Part shown: positions 12,300-24,149 of the stretch, in pieces | Numbering within the stretch: position 1 is the first letter of the stretch | Layout of the letters: each line of letters begins with the position of its first letter | Assembly (NCBI RefSeq): GCF_009834535.1 | Contig: NC_045707.1 | Location: 56,422,001 to 56,486,000 of the forward strand | DNA: 64,000 bases | Direction: 5' to 3' | Source: Camelus ferus | Taxonomy: Eukaryota | Program-made: the position numbers and the translations under genes | Notes under the pieces: model-generated | The model's input: the letters and a program-made list of their open reading frames with translations, nothing else | The model's database searches: none | What the model was told of the DNA's origin: nothing

Positions 12300-14450
12300 G
12301 AGATGAAATGGGGTAGAGGTAGTAAAGATGAAGAGAAGTAAGTAAGTTCAAACATATATAAAGGGAAAACTGTTGGAAATTTCTGATGAATTAAATGTCA
12401 CAGATGAGAAGAAAGATAAAGACAAATTCTTTGTTTTTATCTTGGACAACTAGAACTACTTAGTGAGATGTGGAAGCATAAGAGATATTGTATTTGTGTG
12501 TGTGGGAATCAAAAACTCTGTTTTGTAGATGTTAAGGGAGCAGTTGATCAGTAATGAAATGTAGATTTGGGAGTCATTCAATTACAGTTAATGTTTAAAT
12601 GCCATTGGAATGGTAGAGATAAAATAGGAAGAGAGTATACATATAGAAAAGTTTGCCCAGAAATAATCTTAGGAATTCTTCAACGTTAAAAAGGAAGAGG
12701 ATGAGGAACTAAAAAAAGAGACTAAGAAAAAGGAATCAATGAAATGGGAACACAATCTGAAGAATGTGGTATCTCAGAAACTGGTAGATTGTACCATTGT
12801 GTATTTTTTTTTAATCCTGGGCATAATTTATTTTTTGCATAGACATAAATTAGAAGCTGTAGATTTAAAAAATGAGAACCAATAGTGCAGCACTTGTGAC
12901 AGGAGAGCATAAAACCTGGTTGTCTGGGGGCAGGAGCCAGTGCTGGAGAACCACAGGGTGGCCGGGGCCTCACCTTCATTCCAGCTCCATCGTCCCAGAA
13001 CCCATTCTGGGCACCCACCTGCACAGCAGCCCTTCCTGTCCCCTCCCCACAGGCCAGAACGAACCATAGAGCTGGAACCACTCTCTGTCTTGTAAGAGGA
13101 TTACTCTCCCTGCCTGTTGCCATATAAGTCTTAGAGAAGGATACTTTCACACTGCACTACTTTGGACTCAGTCATAAGACTTGCATTGGCAAATGGGATG
13201 TAAGCAGACATGATTTACACCATATCTGAGCAGAAAATTTAGAAGCATTGCAAGTTTTGGCCAGACCTTTTGCTCTTGAGCCCTCTGCCAAGGGAAGGGT
13301 ATGTCCAAGAGAGAAGCTGCTCCTTTGACCTGCGTTCCAGAATGAGATGACACCTATAGCAGGTATGAACTGAAAGTACAACTTGCCGCAGAGCTATGAC
13401 ACGCAAAGCACAGAAGCTGACAGGTAACTAGAATCAGGAATAGCCATTTTGTTTTCTTAAGCCAATACAATTTCACAGTGTAACGTATATAGCATAATGC
13501 AGCCAAAACAGACTAATACAGAAACAAAAGAGAGAAAAATTTCAAGGAGGACCAGTGTTCAATTAAGCTGAATATTATGAAATTGTGTAAGACAGGTGTA
13601 TATTGAAAGGTGTCCATTAGATTTACCATGTTGTAAAGAGGTTTGTTGTGACCTTGCAATTTAGAACTTGACTGAAAGGCGGGTGAAGAGTTGAACCAAA
13701 AGTGAGGAAGTGGAAACAGTGAATGTAAACATATTTTCAGACATTTTTTTGGCAGTAGATCTAACAGATGAGGTGATAGCTGTAGGTGGATATTTGTTAT
13801 GGAATGTTTGTTTGAAGACAGGAGATAGTACAGCCTGTATGTTGAAGGCAATGATTCGTGTAGAGAAAACTGGCAATAAGAAGAAGGAGAGAAGATAAAC
13901 TCAGGAGCAAAATCTTGAGAAAGTTACAGGCTGTATGTTTCAAAGCCCAGGGTGAAGAATTGGCCTTTGATAAAAGGAGGGACCTTTGTAAGGAAGGAAA
14001 GTCAGTGGAAGCACACTGCTCACGTTGTGCTGTAAGCTTTGCTGTGGTAGGCTTGCAGATTGGATAGTGGGAGGATGGGGACGTTCTTGTCTGAAGGCTA
14101 TTTTCTGAAAGAGGTATGAAGTTTGTTGCTTTAAAGTAGGGCAATAAAGGAATACAGGAGATCTGAGGAGAGCGGGTCGAGCACACAGTTGCCAATTCCA
14201 GAGTGGGGAAACAAACTTACTAGGGAAAAAGAGTAGGATGACTAGGCAGAGCTGAGTGTTTATTTGAGGTTTAGGGTCCTGAATTTTAAGTGAAACTAGT
14301 CAGCCCAGGTATGTGCCTTTCTCAGCAACATTCAGCTTCTTGATGGCAGGTTTGGAGAAGGCAGATATCCGGCTCAGTCAAACCTGGACTTTTGCCAGAT
14401 GTGTGTGTCAGCAGGAGGGAAGGATTAGGAGGAGGATGTCTTCAAGAACT
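12300..14450 (-). mobile_element. LINE-2 fragments, interrupted by an MLT1-like element
   Basis: GTAGATTTGGGAGTCATT...TTTAAATGCCATTGGAATGG and GTGTCCATTAGATTTA...GTGACCTTG are typical antisense L2 blocks; boundaries approximate. Confidence 0.6.
13080..13520 (+). mobile_element. Old MaLR LTR (MLT1J/K/L-like), partial
   Basis: Ends TTAAGCCA...GACTAATACA (MLT1 3' terminus); GCTGCTCCTTTGACCTGCGTTCCAGAATGAGA block. Confidence 0.55.
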
Positions 14451-15478
14451 GCTACTGTTAGAGGTAAATGGTGTTAGAAAGGAAGTATCATGGGTCCAGA
14501 TAATATTTTCTTGGACAGCAAGTACGATGTGACTCTGTGTGGTAAAAATATTTTAAAAAGAAAAAAACAAGTAACGAACATTAAAAAAAAAACACTTCTT
14601 TTCCTTTCCTAAAGTGGTAATGGCCAGGGAAATTCAGCTTCCAGAAAAAAATACAGTCACAGAGAATTTCAGATTAAAGAAATCAGCAAGCTGCAGCTTT
14701 ACAAAAGAAGCCAGATGTGGTTTGGGAGACTATAATGAAGCGGAGAAAGTCCTTTCTTCGAAATCAACTGAAAAAAGATTTAGTACAAGCCTTGAGCATG
14801 CGTGTAATCATAGTCTAAGGGTAAACCTACAGAAAAGGCATTTATTTTGCTATAACTTTATAAAAAGGATAAAGAGACCTTTAGAAAAGGTACTTAGCTC
14901 AAATTTTATGTTTCCTCAAAAATAAAGCAGTATGAATGAATGAGTGGAATGCAGGAATATGTTTTCTGAATAACGCCAACTGCTGTATATTAACTTAAGA
15001 AAAGCCAATAGTTAGAAGCCTGCTAAAGCCACAAACCCAAAAATGGACTTACGGAATCTAATTTATAGGATTCTTGTCTCTTATAAATACTGCTATAATA
15101 GTGGCCCCTTCCTCTCATAGAAATCTCAAGATCAAAGATGAATGGAAAGCAACTTTCCAATATGCATTGTTACAAAGTTAAGATATTTAACATCCTATTG
15201 CTATTTTCTTAGGGTTTTTTTTGTAGACTTTGTACTTCAAAAAAATTATTTTTTGTACTTTTTTGGTTTTAGTACATGTAAAATGAGTTCATGTTTTTTC
15301 TAAGTTTACTCGTAATCTATTTCCATTTTGCAATATTTTTCTATATAGATCTTGGGTTCCTCAACCCTGATATCTCCTATTATGGTTTTTAAAAATGGAT
15401 GTTAGTGTATTTTCCAAAGTCTCATTTGGAATTTGAACCATAGTTACTATTCACAGCTGTGTGTGGGGTAAATGGGAC

Positions 15479-15648
15479 TAGGTTGCCAGGTCAAATACAA
15501 GACATCCAGTTTAATTTGAATTTCAGATAAAATTTGAATTTCAGATATTGCCTGGAACATACTTAGACTAAAACATTATTTGTTGTTTATTTGAAATTCA
15601 AATTTAACTGGGTGTCCTGTATTCCTATTTGATAATCTGACAACCCAA
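15479..15648. mobile_element. MER53 palindromic hAT-derived element
   Basis: TAGGTTGCCAG...CTGACAACCC termini; internal inverted arms CCAGTTTAATTTGAATTTCAGATAAA / TTTATTTGAAATTCAAATTTAACTGG. Confidence 0.88.
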
Positions 15649-15889
15649 AAGAGGAGGCAGAGTCACTGACCTTTCCCCCTCCTGTCACTGTCCCAGTGCT
15701 GCCTCAGATCACATGACCACGGTGTCTCAGGACACCCCAACGCTCCTAAATGTCAAGCTCTGAGCATAGTAGCCATCTTAGGATGAGATTGATGCACGTT
15801 AAAATGCCAACCAAGGACAGATGGAGAGAAGCGACTAAGTCAGTGGGTTGCAGTATGTGGCTCAGAGTCCAGACCCTGGGGGCAGTCAG

Positions 15890-16000
15890 AATCCTGTAAA
15901 ATGAGGATGGTAATAATTCATTTTAGTGTTTTTACAAGGATGAAGTATAATTATGTCTATAAAATGCTTACTACAGTGCCTGGCACACAGTGTATCATTG
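15890..16000 (+). mobile_element. MIR SINE fragment
   Basis: CTGTAAAATGAGGATGGTAATA...AAAATGCTTACTACAGTGCCTGGCACACAGT. Confidence 0.75.
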
Positions 16001-18320
16001 ACTGTTATCCAAAGATTAATTTCTAGTAACAGCATAAACCCTACTGTGAGACTGAAACTTAGAACAACAATGTGTACTGCTCAGAGTCAAAAGGTTAGCT
16101 TCAGTGCTGCATACACATTGTATATTTAAACTTGGCCATCAAATTTTTAAATCACATCTCTGTGTAAGATTTACAGATTTAACTATTAATATTTATCTAG
16201 CTGTATTAAATCTCATCTTTATAACAAATGAAATTCAGTAAATTAGAATTGTCTACATTAATTCCTTATGCATATCTTAACGGCTTCTCTAATTAGACTG
16301 ATAGCTATTAACTTGATAAGAAACTCTTAGTGTGTCTGAGTGATGTTAATTAGGTGTGGAAAGGTAGTGAATTCGGCTCAACTTAATTTTTCCTACTGAG
16401 GTTCATTACTGTTAATGTTTTAAACTACATTTGATACATATATAATCTTAAAAAGGATTATGAAGGGAATCAATTACAAAAATCCAGGGCATAGAATGAG
16501 TTAACTTAGCTAAAATTATGTAGAAACGAGTGTATTTAACCAGATAAAAGAGAGTTACACAAATGTCTAAAATATTACTTTTCCTGATTTTTAAAAAAAT
16601 TGTCAGGATTGAATGACCTTTGCATTCTTTTGTTGAGAACGCAAATGAGTGGGCTAAAATATGTTATATTTCAAACTACTTAAGTGTTACTTTGAGCAGT
16701 GTGGAGTTTTAGAATGACCATGCACTTAAAGCGATATTGGTGGGGAAACTCTTCGGAAACCAGCATTGCATTAACATTTTTAATAAAAATAATTACTCAA
16801 ATTTCTAAAATAGTGTGCAGTATTAAAACTACTTAATTAATAAGGAAAGAATATCACTTCTCTACTCTATGATCTTTTGGCCAAATCCCAACTAATGTTC
16901 AGCTTTTGCATTGTCATTCAAAATGCCAATTCACAGCTAATTGTTGCCATTTCACACTTAGTTCTATTTGGCATTGTCAGAGGAATTATTTAAAAGTATT
17001 GAAATTCAAGATGCCTGGGGATTAAGTAGAGGAACGAATAATTTCCAGACTCAGTAGGATTCTGAAATTTCTGGCAGATGTTATTTTTAAAAGATGCATT
17101 CTTCTAACTGGATATTTTCATTTAAACTAATTTTATAGCTGATTTTGCCCAGTACATTATAAATTCTTGAAGGAGACAGAATTTTCTGTTTTCTTGGGGA
17201 AAAAAAAAAAACCTAATTGAAATAATGAGCTACTGGATTCATCAGATTACTTTGTTGTTATGGTAACTTCATTTTTTAAAAATAGAGAAAATAGATGTGT
17301 TGTTAGTTTTGAGTATAAATTTTATTATAAAAATTTTATCTCCTACAGTGCTTAGGATGCAATATAGTCATCTTTAATATAACATACTTAATTCCATAGG
17401 GCCTACACTCACGTGAGATTTCTATTTGAAAACGAGAAATCAAAAAAAAAAAAAAAAAGAAAAAGAAGGAATAGTTGCCTAGATTTAAGTAAAAATATAA
17501 GAGCATATGAGACAGAAATTGTTTTTCTCCTTATATTTCCCAGAAAATGTAAGACTGCCCTGGAGTGTTGGTTTTAAAACAGATCATTCTTTAATTTGAA
17601 AATAATTGCAAAATTTTGTCTAATGTTGAAAGGTAGAGTTTTCTCAAGATCTGTATCTGCTTGTCAAAGATTCCCAGTTAACTAATGGAGCACTGTGACA
17701 GACTATTAAAATGTATTTTCTTAAGCTAAACTGAATAATTAATTTTAGTGGCATCAACTTTTTTTAATCAGGTTTATTTAATTCTTCTCAATTGAAAATT
17801 TTACCTTTTTCTCTGAATTAACTAAAAATAAAAAAAGTCACTTCTTTATCAAGATGCATTTTAGGACATATTTTACAGAATACCTAATATTAATAAAGAG
17901 TTAAAAAATTCTATAGTACATGAAAATCTCTTAATTATCCCAAACTATTAAGATCTACTATTTAGTGAGTATTATTAGCAATGGGTCAAATCTTTTTCTA
18001 AGTTCCTAGGAGCACATTGATTAATACATCACAGCTTTTACCTTTAAGAAGCCTTTTACCCTTAAGAAGGCTTAAGGGGGTAAAAGACAATTAAACAGAC
18101 CATTAAAATACAAAGTAAGGTGTGATAGGAAAATAAGGGATGTTCAGAATTCTGTGGGAGCAAGGGGCACCTATTTCAACCTCAAGGGATCATGGGAGGA
18201 TTCCCAGAGGATGCAATTTATAACCTGATTTCTAAAATATTATTAGGTATTAATGGAGTCATGTTGAAAAGGGGAGGACTTCAGTGAAGAGCTCTCAAGG
18301 TGAATTAAAAACTTTATTGC

Positions 18321-18401
18321 CAGTTATGTTGCTTTCATTTGTCCTTGCTCTACACCGGAACCTAACACACTATTGTAAATCACCTATACTTCAATTAAAA
18401 A
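18321..18401 (+). mobile_element. Severely 5'-truncated LINE-1 tail with TSD
   Basis: CTAACACACTATTGTAAATCACCTATACTTCAATT plus A tail; 14-bp TSD AAAAACTTTATTGC at 18307 and 18402. Confidence 0.8.
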
Positions 18402-18448
18402 AAAAACTTTATTGCATTGCCATATTGGAATTAATGTCAAATTGTGCC

Positions 18449-18939
18449 TGTGGAGAGACACTTCTCCATGGGGCTTACACATTTCTGTACATCTTGTGAG
18501 CAGACACATTGATGGCTAGTTTTCTAGACTGTCTTTTCAAGGATGTATGTACAGTGAACAGCTTTGCAAGATGGAGGTAGTATCTTCTTCTTGGAGCAAA
18601 GGACAGGTTTGTTTATTGTCCAGTACAGTAATATCTCCCTCTGGACAGAAGTCAGGCTGGCTTACTGCACATTATCAAAGATTCAAGGTCCCCGAGCTTA
18701 GGGTTCTCTTCTGTAGTGCAATCTGTTGCATGGGTAGGCATCATGTGGCCCCCTTCACATCCCTCTTTGGGAACCCAGGTTCAGAGAACTGGCTCAAATG
18801 CTGTTACTTTCATTACTGCCATTTCTGTGAGTAATAAAATTTCTAATAGAAGTCTTGTGTCTTATGTAAGCATCTGTAAACTGGCAGGCAAACTTGTTAG
18901 CTAGCAAGTAGGTTAAATTTCAGGCCAATAAATGTCACA
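18449..18939 (+). mobile_element. ERV1 solo LTR, MER89-like
   Basis: Colinear with recalled MER89 (CTTTTCAAGGATGT, GGAGCAAAGGACAGG, GTGAGTAATAAA, AACTTGTTAGCTAGCAAGTAGG); TG...CA ends. Confidence 0.75.
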
Positions 18940-19344
18940 ATCTGACTCTTCAAAATAATTAGAAAATAATTTCTCTCTATTTTCCTCCTCATAGATGGAA
19001 AAAAGAAAAAAGATTCTGTAGCTCTATTGGTAAGCAAGTGGTTGCTGATTCAATACATGACTATTGTGGCTAGAACACAATGATCTATTTAGGTAAACAA
19101 ATGTTGTTAGTCAGATGAAAAACTCCTGTGTATTCGAAGCTTAATAAACATTATTTGTTATAGTATTTTTTTCCCAGAATAAAGTGCTTTTGAAAAAAGT
19201 GATGGAAACTATCATGAAATAAATGGAGATTATTATTGTCATAGTAACAAATTTCTGCTCTGATACTTTTAAAATAAATTTTCAGAAATACTGTTTATAA
19301 AAATACATAAGTGAGAATTATCATGGAAAATATGGCTTAACAGC

Positions 19345-20430
19345 ATCATCCATTTACTCACATTTACTATTTACCTGTTGTGTACCAAGCACACAGTTTT
19401 AGATGTGAGGGATACAGAAATGACTAGCAGACAAAATTCTTGCTATCATGGAGGGAGAAAGGTAATAAATAAGTATACAGATCAGATCGTTGTATAATAT
19501 ATCTAGTAGTAATTAATGCTGAGTAAAAATAACACGTTTAATATATAGAGAATGCCAGCAAGAATGTAACACTTTTTTAACAGAATGGTCAGAGATGGCC
19601 TCTATGCTAAGGTAACATTTGAGTAGAGAACTTAAGAGTGGAAGGGAGCAGATCCTGCAGGATTCTAAGGAAGAAGGTTCTAGGCTGAGGCAAGAGCAAA
19701 TGTAAAATCCTGAGACAGGAGCTTGCTTAGTGTACTTGAGAAGCAACAAGAAGGCCAGTAAAACTGTTCGGTAGTTAGATAAGTGGGGGCACCAGGCAGA
19801 CAGGTGGAGGAGGGGAAGGATGGTCCGGAAGACGGTGTTATGCCCGCCTCCAGCATAAAAGGGACTTTACTTCTTCTAAATGAGCGCCAGCAAGAAACTG
19901 GTTAGAACCCAACAGCCACGACTTTGCGGTAGCAGAAAGGACCTAACCAGACATGTCCCAACGTTCATTGTATTATAATTAACATTGTGGTTTAGGCTCC
20001 GCCTACCTCCCCATGGGTTTTTCTGTGTAAACCATGGGTAAGGACATGTGCAAATAGGCCAAACATGACTAAGCATTCCAGGGACAAAAGCTGTCAATCA
20101 GTCAAAAGACCACCTCTAAGCCAGGGTATAAGAGAAAGGGGAATAAAAAAGAGAAAAAGGGGAGACAAAAACCTTCCTTGGATCAGCCCACCTCCTGTTC
20201 TTGGAGGTGCACTTTTCCTTTTTTTAAATAAATCTTTTAAAATCTTTCGTTACACAATGCACTGTCTCCAGACTGTAAACTTGTCTTTCAGGTATGATAA
20301 GAACCAAGGTCTTTACCTTTTAGGGTAACAAAACTGCGGGGCAAAGAATAGAGAGTTGCAAGAGAATGCGGTCAGAGAGGAGGAGAATCTGAAGTCATGG
20401 AAAGCCTCGGGACTGTGGATTTCACCTTGA
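19345..20430 (-). mobile_element. LINE-2 3' fragment, interrupted by an LTR at 19765-20330
   Basis: CATTTACTATTTACCTGTTGTGTACCAAGCAC; GGTCAGAGATGGCCTCT...GGTAACATTTGAG; AAGCAACAAGAAGGCCAGT. Confidence 0.7.
19765..20330 (+). mobile_element. ERV1-type solo LTR
   Basis: TGTT...AACA ends; perfect 4-bp TSD AAAC; AATAAA near 20227; several CpGs retained. Confidence 0.88.
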
Positions 20431-20539
20431 GTTAAAATCTTGACTCTGCCATTTACCAGCTACATGGCCCTAAAAAAATTCATCAGAGACACCCTAGACT
20501 AGTGAGTAGATCAGGCAGAGAGAAAATAAAAATACTTCA

Positions 20540-22610
20540 GTTCTGCCCACAGGTGTAGTTTGCCAAATCACTGTACATTATAATTAACTTGAGGAGAAGG
20601 GCTTTCCCATATCTGGAAAACATGGATCAAACCCGGTAATATTCCAGACAAAAACCCTAAAAATTATAACCATATTCACCCATTCATTCAGTAACCAATT
20701 CTTCTGTTAACTTTTTATGAAGCCATCAGGTTTTCCACTAGGATTCTTTAATTTCTGACTTAGTTCAGTGATATGATCTGAAATTTATCAGAGACCTGTG
20801 CTTGTCAAAAGGTCTTTCTTATGACTCTTACTGAAGATGAAGCACTTTAGCAAAAGCATCAGATTATAAGAATAGCTGTCTATAAATGACAAAAGACTTT
20901 AAAAGGCATGGTTAAACACCTAATTACAATGCAATTGATAAAGAAACTTGGTTATGTGAACGAAAAATACTGCAAACCATATCAGTAAACAAAGAATGCT
21001 GAAACCATCAAGTCATCAGCGGCTGCCCCCACCCCCCCAGTGAAGACAAGCCTGCAGCCCAGCCTCTGCAGCCACTCACAATGGTGCACTCCGAGGGACT
21101 CAGAATACAAAAGGACAGGATACTGGCCCTATTTAGCCAGGTGTTTGTCAAAGGAATGAATTCAGTAAGCCCAAATGTTTGCTTCCTCCCATATATAGAA
21201 AAGCGCTAAATTCTTTAACTTGAGATGCCTAGTTTTCTTTAGTTAACAAGTAATCTTTTAATATTCCCACTACCTGGTCTTTGTTGTAAAGCTCCTATAT
21301 ATCCCAGCTCCTCCCCTACCTCTTCAGAGCAATCCCTCAGAGCGATCTGAGAGGCTGTCATCCGGCGCTCCAAGGGGTTCGAGTCCTCAGAAATGTCCGC
21401 CAAATAAAACATAACTCTCAACTTTTAGGCTGTGCGTTTATTTCAGTTTACAGTTTCAATAACTAGAACTATGACTATAATCTTAACCCTTAAAAACCTT
21501 AATATCTGGCAAAAAACAAGAAACAAGGAATTGTGAACTGTTTATCATACCAGCATTTCCTGACTGGAAAACTTATGCTTTAGTCTTCCTCTCCTAAGCA
21601 GTTGAAGGTAGGTAAATTTAGACCAGCTCAGCAATTAACATTCCAATATTTTATTTTATTTGAAATGACCCAGATAGTCAATGAATTCTTTTCATTTAAT
21701 TTGGTTTAGTTTTAACTTACCAAAATCTGGAGAGATCATTTTACATTTTACATAGACATTCCCAAAACATTATTCCTATAGAGTTTACCTAAAAGCTTTT
21801 ATTTACATTTACTTAAAGTTTCATTATATCAAGTCATTTTCCTTCCTGACCATTTTCAACAGATACAACAAGGTCATATTTGCCCTTAGTAAACTTAGTA
21901 AATGGAAGTATTATTCTTAACACCGATGATTCTAAAGAGCTCATCCACACACCAATGTCGGCAAGCACACGGAATCACATATATCCATGTAGACACAGAG
22001 ATCTCACAGTTTTCCTCCAAGAGTTAAAAAGATCTTTTTTCCCCCTTTATTCTCAGGGATTAGATTAAAATTCCTGAGATTCCCAGGCAGATCATTTACA
22101 TCTCAAAGGCACAGGAGGAGAAATACCAATTCCTTCTAGAAAGCTAACTTCCTTCAACAGCAAATGCAAAATGTCAAAAGTCCCATCTTGGGCATCTTCA
22201 GAAATTTTTTTTCAGTTTCTAAGTAGCCAGCTCAGTTTCAACAAATAACAGTAATAGACTCATTTAGTCACATTCACATGCCTCACTTTGAGAGGAGAAT
22301 GAATCAGCATTCAAGGTTCTCGGGCCCCTGCTGAGGCTCAAAACCAGGGAGAGGGAACACAATTTGCACCTGAGGCACTCTTGCACACATCCAAGATAAA
22401 AGCCACACTAGTTACAAAAAGCTTACTTTGATGTAATAGCAGAGCCATTAGGGGCATTATTCTCCAGATCTCAAGGCTACTAAGGCCAAATAGTGTTACA
22501 ATAAAAACATTACTTTCTTTCACTTAAGGGAGCACAGCTGAAGAGCCCCCAGTTTTGCAAAATATACCCTAGGGGAACTACAAGATGGAACAGACCTCTG
22601 ATCACCCCAG
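20540..22610 (-). mobile_element. MER4-group-like ERV1 internal non-coding sequence, interrupted by an LTR
   Basis: AT-rich blocks recalled from MER4-group internals (TTTTTATGAAGCCATCAGGTTTTCCA, GCAAAAGCATCAGA, AAATGACAAAAGACTTTAAAAGGCATGGTTAAA, TTTACATCTCAAAGGCACAG); boundaries approximate. Confidence 0.6.
20955..21452 (+). mobile_element. ERV1 solo LTR, LTR39/MER39-like
   Basis: TG...CA ends; near-TSD GTTA/GTTT; CCTATATATCC TATA region; AATAAAACATAACTCTCAACTTTTAGG 3' part. Confidence 0.8.
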
Positions 22611-22614
22611 CACC

Positions 22615-23165
22615 ATTATCTCTTCTGTTTCTCCTAAGTCTGTTATGAACCACCCAAGCAACTGGATGCCCTACTGAGGGACTCAGGATGGAAACTGAAG
22701 CCTCATACCATCATCCAGGAGTGGGCTGTAGTAACACGTCCTTTGTTCCTGCTGTCAGTAACTCATTGTCTGGGCCCTGATAGGGCTGGGCATATGCAGC
22801 ATCTTTCATGCCTAGTTCTCTTAACACATCTTGCAGTTATCCCACGGTTTGCCAGTGGAGAGGAGGAATAGGTACATCTCCTTCACTGGGCCTGGCAGTG
22901 TGGCAGGCGGCCACTACCCAAGAGAGGAGGGAGATCATTCATTGATGGCCAGGTGTAAGCATTGCTGGAGGGCCTAGTGGCTAGTCACAGAGGCCATCTT
23001 TAACATTTCCTGGCCAGTTAACAGAATGTCTTCCCCACTGCTGGGATGCCAAAACTTCACCTGGCTGTTAGCTCAACATCTGTGGCTTTTCTTAACATAG
23101 AAAGCAGTAGACAGCCCAGAGCCACAGCTATCAACTTACGATCTAACTTCTTTTTTCCCATTCAG
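22615..23165 (-). pseudogene. Class III (ERVL-group) gag remnant
   Basis: Manual translation of 22920->22801 gives WVVAACHTARPSEGDVPIPPLHWQTVG*LQDVLRELGMKD, like the ERV-L Gag W..(V/M)EE..Q.LRE(I/L)GM segment; upstream DILLTGQEMLKMASVTSH*ALQQCL. Confidence 0.7.
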
Positions 23166-23167
23166 CT

Positions 23168-23601
23168 TGAAGACCAAAGAGCGAGCCGAGAGTCAGCGAC
23201 AGAGACATGGATGGTTTATGGATAGGGGAATCCTACCTATATGTTTGAAGCAAGGTCCTGGAGCGATACCCCATCGTGTCCGGTGGACGGCGGGCATGAT
23301 GAGTAGGCAGCCTTAGCTCCTGAGGGGAGGGGAGATTACTTGTTATTGGGAGAATTGATGTCAGGTTTGCTCATTGGTTACCAGGGAAACTGTCAGAGGG
23401 GCCCACCCCTCACTGCCCCTTTGATAAGAATGGAAATGTTCTAATGTAAAGCTAGAAAAATCATTAGCTGGGCCTGGGGCAAGTACATAGGAAGGGTAGT
23501 CAGGTAAGTAAGGTGTAGGTGAGGCAGGCACTGGTTGAGCAGGGGATGTACAGAAAGCAAGAGAACAGCCATCTTGAATGGCCTGACCACACAGTAGTAT
23601 A
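23168..23601 (-). mobile_element. ERV solo LTR
   Basis: Flanked by AGCT/AGCT (23164 and 23602); GC-rich; CAAGATGGC motif near the 5' end on the minus strand; one terminal dinucleotide mutated. Confidence 0.7.
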
Positions 23602-23619
23602 AGCTGACTTTGTTTTAGG

Positions 23620-23952
23620 TGGGTATTTAAAGATGACAAACTAATTCAGTTTAAATAAAGTTAGTGATGTTAACAGTTTAGGGTTAGTGGACATGGAGAA
23701 AGAAGGGTCATAAAGCAAAGTCTAGATAAATAAACTATGGTTGATAAGCAAGCTGCTTTCTCAGGGGAGCTATCTATAGACTCCAATAAATTGATCTGTG
23801 GGAGTTTCCAGAAGCAAACAGTGAAGTTATTTATTGGTTCACAGATTTACTTTTTTCTCAGCAAAATTTCTTGGAACTAACAACTAAGTTAGGCTGACAT
23901 GGGTGATCTAGTCTCTTCTAAGTCATAGTGACAGGGATGGCCTCAATTCTCA
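23620..23952 (-). mobile_element. Partial 3' LTR of the decayed provirus (tentatively MER110-like)
   Basis: On the minus strand it follows env and a decayed polypurine tract (GCAAGTGGGAAC|TGAGAATTGAGG); resembles recalled MER110. Confidence 0.55.
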
Positions 23953-24149
23953 GTTCCCACTTGCTGTCATTCTTCAGCTCAGGCTAGAGGATAGATGGTT
24001 ATTGTCTGGGGAAGCGATCAGTCCACCTATATCACCTTCTGGAAAGTCATGGCTGCACAGCAAGTTGCTGGTGGCAGTCATTTCAACTATTATACATATC
24101 AAATTCTCTTGCTCTTTTTGCGAGATGATCATCTTGGGGGATCCCGTGA

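Noticed and set aside
12722..13150. Longest ORF (142 aa) over a GC-richer patch
   Set aside because: It lies among L2 and MLT1 fragments, has no recognisable domain and no convincing splice context
23033..23051. Possible tRNA primer-binding site (TGGCATCCCAGCAGTGGGG on the minus strand)
   Set aside because: It does not directly follow an LTR terminus, I cannot match it to a tRNA 3' end, and it lies within the gag-like remnant
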